A DNA stretch of 64,000 nucleotides from Dehalococcoidia bacterium (GTDB lineage Bacteria > Chloroflexota > Dehalococcoidia > Lucifugimonadales > Australimonadaceae): NCBI GenBank assembly GCA_965248065.1, contig OZ252088.1:2709202-2773201 (forward strand), written 5' to 3'. Positions 58,167-64,000 of the stretch are shown here, one piece after another; position 1 is the stretch's first letter; every line of letters begins with the position of its first letter. Below the pieces are notes generated by a model, which worked only from the letters and a program-made list of their open reading frames with translations, was not told the origin of the DNA and made no database searches. Made by a program: the position numbers and the translations under genes.

Positions 58167-58376
58167 CTTCATTATCGCGTGGAAAACCGATGAGGGCACG
58201 GCCACTGCCCATTCCGATTTTGAGTACGTCGATTGGGCCACACAGAGCAACAACGACTTGGCAGCGGCGTATGCGCTTCCGCGCGGGCTGAAGTTTGACT
58301 CGGACACTTCCGGCGCAGCGGCAGTATTCGCCACCGTGAGGTCCGGCACCGCCCGTCGCAACCAGGAGATCTGACA

Positions 58377-59774
58377 ATGCGCGCCCTAATCACAGTAATC
58401 CCGATCATCGCTCTTATCCTGTCAATTGCTGCCTGCCAGGGAGCCGCCGGGCCCGCTGGGGGGCTGAGGCCTCCCGGGCCGCAGGGCTCCTCAGGCGCAC
58501 CCGGACCAGCCGGACCTCCAGGGCCCGCGGGCGCACCCGCCCTCGTGGATGAGGCCACCGTCGCGTCTCTCATTGAGCAGATACAGGAGCAGTTGGACAC
58601 GGGTTATGCCACGGCGACCGTACCTCCCAAGTCGACGCCCGCCGACTACACCAAGTTCCTAGTAAGAGACGCCATCAGCAGATACGAATCGGAAGGACTA
58701 GATGCCACCGTCGCCTACTACAACACCAAGGAGAGCGTTGACGGCCAGTGGTATGTCTTCATCATCAATGAGAACCAGACCATCATCGCTCATGCCCCCG
58801 ACCCCGACCTGGTGGGCAAGCACATCTCCCAGGCTCTGGGACCCAACTCCTACCCCACCGGGTCCGCCGTCGCCGCCTCCGCCGACCAGGACGGCGCCTG
58901 GTTCGACTACACCTATGCCAATCCCGCCTCTGGCGTTGTGGAGACCAAGCACTCCTGGATGGTGACCCACGACGGCATTACCTTCGGCTCCGGCTGGTAC
59001 GAACGCGGCCCCGGCAAGTCCGACGCCCCCGCCTACACCAGGGCCTTCGTGCAGCAGGCCATGAACCTCTACGTCGCCCTCGGCCTGGAGGAAACCGTCG
59101 CCTACTACAACACCAAGGAGAGCGTTGACGGCCAGTGGTACGTCTTCATCATCGATGAGAACCAGACCATCATCGCTCATGCCCCCGACCCCGACCTGGT
59201 GGGCAAGCACGTTTCCCAGGCTCTGGGACCCAACTCCTACCCCACCGGGTCCGCCGTCGCCGCCTCCGCCGACCAGGACGGCGCCTGGTTCGACTACACC
59301 TATGCCAATCCCGCCTCTGGCGTTGTGGAGACCAAGCACTCCTGGATGGTGACCCACGACGGCATTACCTTCGGCTCCGGCTGGTACGAACGCGGCCCCG
59401 GCAAGTCCGACGCCCCCGCCTACACCAGGGCCTTCGTGCAGCAGGCCATGAACCTCTACGTCGCCCTCGGCCTGGAGGAAACCGTCGCCTACTACAACAC
59501 CAAGGAGAGTGTTGACGGCCAGTGGTACGTCTTCATCATCGACCCAGACGGCTACACGATAGCCCACCATAACCCGCAGTTTCGAGGGCGTGATCCCAGC
59601 CTCCGTGTGGACGCCACGGGGTATTTCTATGGCGACGACTTACAGAGCGCCACTGAGGCGGGTCATTGGGTGGACTATGTGTTGCTCAACCCGGAATCGG
59701 GCGAGAACCGTCAGAAGCACACTTGGATTGTGCGACATGACGGACTGCTATTTGGGTCGGGCTGGTATGAGTAG
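58377..59774 (+). CDS. Lipoprotein with collagen-like linker and three tandem single-Cache domains
   Basis: Lipobox SIAA-C, short GXY run, three WYVFII...AH...WFDY/WVDY...KHSW...FGSGWYE units. No TM or cytoplasmic output domain. Confidence 0.85.
   Translation: MRALITVIPIIALILSIAACQGAAGPAGGLRPPGPQGSSGAPGPAGPPGPAGAPALVDEATVASLIEQIQEQLDTGYATATVPPKSTPADYTKFLVRDAISRYESEGLDATVAYYNTKESVDGQWYVFIINENQTIIAHAPDPDLVGKHISQALGPNSYPTGSAVAASADQDGAWFDYTYANPASGVVETKHSWMVTHDGITFGSGWYERGPGKSDAPAYTRAFVQQAMNLYVALGLEETVAYYNTKESVDGQWYVFIIDENQTIIAHAPDPDLVGKHVSQALGPNSYPTGSAVAASADQDGAWFDYTYANPASGVVETKHSWMVTHDGITFGSGWYERGPGKSDAPAYTRAFVQQAMNLYVALGLEETVAYYNTKESVDGQWYVFIIDPDGYTIAHHNPQFRGRDPSLRVDATGYFYGDDLQSATEAGHWVDYVLLNPESGENRQKHTWIVRHDGLLFGSGWYE
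58708..59540 (+). repeat. 387-bp near-identical tandem duplication (2 copies plus partial third)
   Basis: CCGTCGCCTACTACAACACC at 58708, 59095 and 59482; only a few substitutions between units. Confidence 0.92.
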
Positions 59775-60247
59775 TAGCAACCCGCCTCGAAACTAGGTAG
59801 CGTTCTACGATCCGGCCTTCATATTGAGACGGCCCACCGAAAAGTTCGCAATTCAGTCCCTTTAGGCCCACCAGAGGAAACTCGAACCGATGATTTAGGC
59901 CAAGGACGGCGATTAGCAGCGGCGGGGGAGTGCGGCGGGCGTGGTTCGACAGGCTCACGGCGAACCCATTGGGGAACGGAACGCATCGGCAATGGCGCTT
60001 GGGGCCTGGCCTGTTGACCACCCTACAATTCTCGCGCAGGCGGGAACCTCGCACCCTCCCTGTCGTTCCCGCGTAGGCGTGAATCCAGGCGCGCGGGAGT
60101 GCGGACAGGGCAGGCGGCAAGGAGAACGCCCTCCAATCGGCAGTCACGCAAAAGGGACCATTGAGCAGATTACAAAGGGCTCCTGACGATGGCGGAGCGG
60201 ACCGTAAGGGCGGCGGCTTCTGCTAGACTGACGCGGCGAAGAACGAC

Positions 60248-60478
60248 ATGAGCACACAGGGATCAGCAATGACGCAGTACATCATCTGCTGCTACACACA
60301 AGGCAGACCTGACTGCCGGATACACAAGGACACATGCAGGCACTATCGTAACCGCAAGCCGGCTGCACCGAGCATGCGCTGGAGCGGTCCATATCCCGGC
60401 CTGCAGGCAGCCGAAAACGCTATGTACGCCAGTGGCGATGAGGGCAAGTATTGCGGCGCCTGTCACCCCGAACGGTGA
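60248..60478 (+). CDS. Small Cys/His-rich hypothetical protein
   Basis: RIHKDTC...WSGPY...YCGAC, a possible metal-binding pattern. Confidence 0.6.
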   Translation: MSTQGSAMTQYIICCYTQGRPDCRIHKDTCRHYRNRKPAAPSMRWSGPYPGLQAAENAMYASGDEGKYCGACHPER

Positions 60479-60492
60479 AGGGGGCGAACAGA

Positions 60493-62529
60493 GTGCGAAT
60501 CGCGCTGTCGGCAGTACTGGTCATACTCACGGCTGTTGCCGTCTTGTCCGTAACCTCGGCGACGGACCTATGGGTGCCGGACCACAGGCACGATCCGGTC
60601 ACAGGCGACGTGATTCGGCCAACCCCCGCTGCTCCCTCGCAAACTCCCGCCCTAACGCCAGAGCCAACCTCCGCCCCAACGCCGGAGCCAACTCTTGAAT
60701 CAACGCCGGAGCCACAGACGCCGACAGCCACGCCATGCCCGGCATCGGTATGGTACTGCTCGCTTCCTCCTCACCTGAGGCCCACGCCCACGCCAAAAGC
60801 GACCCCCACTCCATCCCCGCTTGGGGAAAATCTCGACAACTGCTCGGAATACGGTTGGGCTTGGGGAAGAGGAAACCTGCCATCTATCGACTGGCTCGAG
60901 GTAGCAACGCCCCAATATTCGATATGCTACACAGCGGAATACGCGCGCGACATCCATCCCGTGCAGTATTGGATGGAGCATGCGGTACGCCTGATGCAGG
61001 ACGAGTACGGGGTGGCCGAAATCCGCAGCGGCGGCACTCCGGTGCGTGTTAATTTGCTGCTTCTCCCTGAGCCGTACGGCAACTGGGGTACACCACGCTC
61101 TGGGTCGTGGTGCTGTTACCGCAGCGAAATAGATAGCGATTTAAGAGCCTACATGCCCTATCTGACTCCGTCGCATCCGGACTGGTCGCAGCGTTCTGAT
61201 TTCGGTCAGCTACTGCTCCCCCGCGCTGACTATCAGGCGCAGGCCCTTGTGCGAGTGTTTATGTACATGGTTAACGGTGCTGTCTCGGATTACCGAAAAC
61301 CTACATGGGCAAGAACCGCAATGGCCGGCTACGCAGGAATGTTCCAGACCACAGATTACAACCGTACTGAGGGTTTCAAGTCGCTCGTAGAGCGTGTCTC
61401 CCTGCGAGGCAGCATCATGTGCTGCATCTCGACAACAGACGGTTACTTCAGCGGAACGTTGATAATGAAATACATCGCCGACGCCTACGGCGGAGACACG
61501 CTTATGCGACTCGCGAAATCCCCCCGACCATTCAGCGCAGCCTTAGTGAGTGAGTTGGAAAAAATCGGCGTCACGCTCCCTGAGATGTACGATGACCTCC
61601 TGACATGGATGCGCAATCCAGTAGCGACAGCTGTAACTCCTACCCCCACCCCGGAGCCAGTGCCAGAGTCCGGCTCGGCAGCGGCGCAGGGTCAGTGCTC
61701 GGCGTACGACTCCACAGTTTCCTGGCTGGAAGCTCCATACCCCACTTACTCAATCTGCTACACGGCGGAGTACGCCGCCGATGTGGCGTTCGTGAAGCGC
61801 TGGATCGATCACGCCGAGGAACTGATGCTCGACAAGTACCAAGCCGACCTGCGCAACGCTCGAGGTCGGACTAGGCTCTATGTGAACGTCCTGCTCCTCC
61901 CCCAACCGAACGATCAGGCAAACACGGGAAAGACCGGCTTCTATTGCTGCCAAGATGCATCGGGAAGGGAGAGCTGGAGGTCAGGGGAGTTTGCGCAGAT
62001 TCCGTATCTGACGCCCTCACACCCTGACTGGGACACCCGCCCGACGTGGGGCGTGATGCGGCTTCCTCCCGACGACTTCCACGCCAAGAACCTCGTTCAC
62101 GAGTTCACCCATGCCGGACAACGCGTCATCTGGGGATCCGTGAACACGAGACCGGCGCCGCAGTGGGTCAGCGAAGGACTTGCCGAGTACGAGGGCATGT
62201 TCAACGCCACTGAGCACAACCGGACGGTCGGATTCGACTCCCTCGTACGGTATGTACATGACAGGATTCCTGACCGAATCTTCTTAGCCACGTCGCTCGG
62301 CAACGACACGCCATCGCTCACCACGTCGGACGTGTACTTCGGCGGATCGTTGATCATGAAGTACCTGGCCGACAGGTTCGGCGAGGACATCCACGGGCGT
62401 CTTGTCCGGCACACACATCCCTCCTTCGACGAAGCGATGGCAGCCGAGTTCGAGGCTTCCGGCACGACGGCGGCCGAGGTGTTCGAGGACCTACAGACAT
62501 GGCTCAGGGAGCACCGGCAGCGGCTGTAA
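60493..62529 (+). CDS. Secreted protein with two tandem gluzincin-like domains (first degenerate, second HEFTH-intact)
   Basis: Signal-like N-terminus and PT linkers. Domain 2 has LVHEFTH...WVSEGLAEY; homologous domain 1 has LVRVFMY...WARTAMAGY. Confidence 0.82.
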   Translation: MRIALSAVLVILTAVAVLSVTSATDLWVPDHRHDPVTGDVIRPTPAAPSQTPALTPEPTSAPTPEPTLESTPEPQTPTATPCPASVWYCSLPPHLRPTPTPKATPTPSPLGENLDNCSEYGWAWGRGNLPSIDWLEVATPQYSICYTAEYARDIHPVQYWMEHAVRLMQDEYGVAEIRSGGTPVRVNLLLLPEPYGNWGTPRSGSWCCYRSEIDSDLRAYMPYLTPSHPDWSQRSDFGQLLLPRADYQAQALVRVFMYMVNGAVSDYRKPTWARTAMAGYAGMFQTTDYNRTEGFKSLVERVSLRGSIMCCISTTDGYFSGTLIMKYIADAYGGDTLMRLAKSPRPFSAALVSELEKIGVTLPEMYDDLLTWMRNPVATAVTPTPTPEPVPESGSAAAQGQCSAYDSTVSWLEAPYPTYSICYTAEYAADVAFVKRWIDHAEELMLDKYQADLRNARGRTRLYVNVLLLPQPNDQANTGKTGFYCCQDASGRESWRSGEFAQIPYLTPSHPDWDTRPTWGVMRLPPDDFHAKNLVHEFTHAGQRVIWGSVNTRPAPQWVSEGLAEYEGMFNATEHNRTVGFDSLVRYVHDRIPDRIFLATSLGNDTPSLTTSDVYFGGSLIMKYLADRFGEDIHGRLVRHTHPSFDEAMAAEFEASGTTAAEVFEDLQTWLREHRQRL

Positions 62530-62565
62530 GTAGGGCGATATGAATGTCAGGAGCAGCGGGGGTAC

Positions 62566-62922
62566 GTGTGGAGGATTCCGATAGACGCAGGCGCAGAGGC
62601 CATCTATAACAAGCTCCGCGAAGTCGCCAGGAGCAGAGGCATCACCTACTACTCCGAGATAGCTCCTCTGGCTGGTCTTAACATGGACTCACCCGGAGAC
62701 CGCGAGCGCATTTCTCGCATCCTGGGGGATATCAGCACGGCTGAACACCACGCTGAGGGGCCGCTCTTATCGGCGGTTGTGATTCGAATCGAGGAGAACT
62801 CGCCTGGCTCGGGTTTCTTCGGCCTCGCCAAGGACCTGGGTTTGCATGATGGAGGCGACGACTTCCGTTATTGGGTGCAAGAGCTTCAGCGCGTCCATGA
62901 TCATTGGGCCAAGCAGCCGTAA
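62566..62922 (+). CDS. Hypothetical protein, possibly winged-HTH DNA-binding
   Basis: ITYYSEIA...LGDIS...PLLSAVV...PGSGFF...WVQELQRV pattern. Confidence 0.7.
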   Translation: MWRIPIDAGAEAIYNKLREVARSRGITYYSEIAPLAGLNMDSPGDRERISRILGDISTAEHHAEGPLLSAVVIRIEENSPGSGFFGLAKDLGLHDGGDDFRYWVQELQRVHDHWAKQP

Positions 62923-63317
62923 CGAGAGTGGACGACGCGCAGTCAGGCTTACCTTGCTCGCGTTGCCGCGTAACTGCCCTTGGCAGGCGTGCTCTTGCTA
63001 CCTGTCCTGTCTGCGCTCTCTCGCGCACTCTGGATTCCCGCGAAGGCGGGAACCTCGCCTCCTCTGTCGGGGCGGATTTCAGACCCGTCCCCTCCCTCCC
63101 TAACCTCTCCCCCGCAGACGGCGAGGAGGACAGCCCACTGCGACACTTGCCCCTTACCCCGAACCCCCAAACCCTCGTAAAATTAATCCCTGCCATGCCC
63201 TCCCCCAAGCCGAGAACTGCCTCCTCCCCGGCGCCCGCGCCCTCCGACGCGGCAACCTCCCTTGTGCCCATTACGCCGCCGGCCCCGCTCGCCTCGCGTA
63301 ACAAGAAAATCTCGAAT

Positions 63318-63523
63318 CGGGAACTTCTGAGACCCCGGAAGCAGGCCACGGCCATGAAAACACCCCCCAAAACTCCCGTCTCGCCCCCCGTTTTCCGGGA
63401 ACTTTCACGCCTGGCCAACGTGCAAACCGGGAACTTTTCACGCCTAGCCAAAATGCAGTCGGGAACTTTTTCACTCGTAACGAAAATGCAGCCGGGAACT
63501 TTTTTCACCCAAACGGGGAACTT
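63318..63523. repeat. Array of GGGAACTT direct repeats, core spacing 32-33 bp
   Basis: Copies at about 63319, 63397, 63429, 63461, 63494 and 63516. Confidence 0.75.
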
Positions 63524-63846
63524 CCCGCCTCACCCCAATCCTTCCTGCCGCCCTACGCAGGTCGTTGGGCCTGCTCGTCTGTGGGAGAGCCTCGCGCCTA
63601 CGCGTAAATGGCTCACCATGTCTCACAATGTCTCACCTACAGCGCCAAGGCGCCCCCGCGCACTCGGAGGACCAGGGAAGGTTACGAGTGCGGGAGGTGG
63701 GACACAGCAGGACATCCGCAGCCGCGCGGCGCCCCTGCTGGCGCGAGCGGGGATTCCTTGACGCGCGGGGCGCGCGGAGATAGTGTCGGGGGCGCCGCGC
63801 AACGCGGCCCGGCGGCGCGCCGGAAACACAGCGAAGGAGGAGCAAG

Positions 63847-64000
63847 ATGACGAACAAAGAGATTGTCGTGCAAAGCTACGACCCGGCGGCACTGCAGCCT
63901 TTCGAGCGCATCGACACCTACGAGGAGTGGCAGAAGGACGAGGGGGCCAAGCTCCACGGAGGCCTCTACGTCAAGAGCCTCCTCACGCTGGAGCTGGACT
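63847..64000 (+). CDS. Cupin-family protein, 5' part (paralogue of 25339-26493), truncated by window edge
   Basis: SD GGAGGAG. DTYEEWQKDEG matches DAYEEWLEKEG of the first cupin. Confidence 0.7.
   Translation, partial: MTNKEIVVQSYDPAALQPFERIDTYEEWQKDEGAKLHGGLYVKSLLTLELD

Noticed and set aside
58708-59540. Diversity-generating retroelement TR/VR pair
   Set aside because: Tandem in-frame domain duplication; differences are not adenine-restricted and there is no reverse transcriptase.
63395-63523. CRISPR array
   Set aside because: Contiguous degenerate units without unique spacers, and no cas genes.

Overview
High-GC bacterial chromosomal window. The gene content (F420-linked LLM/NpdG, cupin and LigB catabolic genes, Chloroflexota-type pyr operon, TPR and FadF proteins) suggests Chloroflexota, probably Dehalococcoidia/SAR202-like; this is inference only. 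The housekeeping backbone comprises thrC, pyrR-pyrB-pyrC-carA-carB with a PyrR attenuator, an hpt fusion, metF, nth-like, sfsA, ctaAB, thrB and ask. It is interleaved with accessory DNA: (i) a solitary, self-promoted phage terminase large subunit with an ATC start and apparently swapped Walker A/B residues; (ii) a lower-GC four-gene island of M.PvuII-like MTase, SF2 helicase, PD-(D/E)XK nuclease and MORC/GHKL ATPase, the best candidate for an undescribed defence system; (iii) a BstYI-like R-M pair bracketed by MITE ends; (iv) an EVE-nuclease fusion, two VapBC pairs, and HEPN/PaREP1 genes; (v) several REP-like palindrome families that are targeted by an IS30 element and a MITE and also sit in-frame inside pyrB and terL; (vi) secreted repeat proteins (triple-Cache lipoprotein, pseudo-/active gluzincin tandem). 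About nine 1-2 nt frameshifts, mostly in G/C runs, may be long-read indel errors rather than true pseudogenes. No tRNA, rRNA or CRISPR array was seen.
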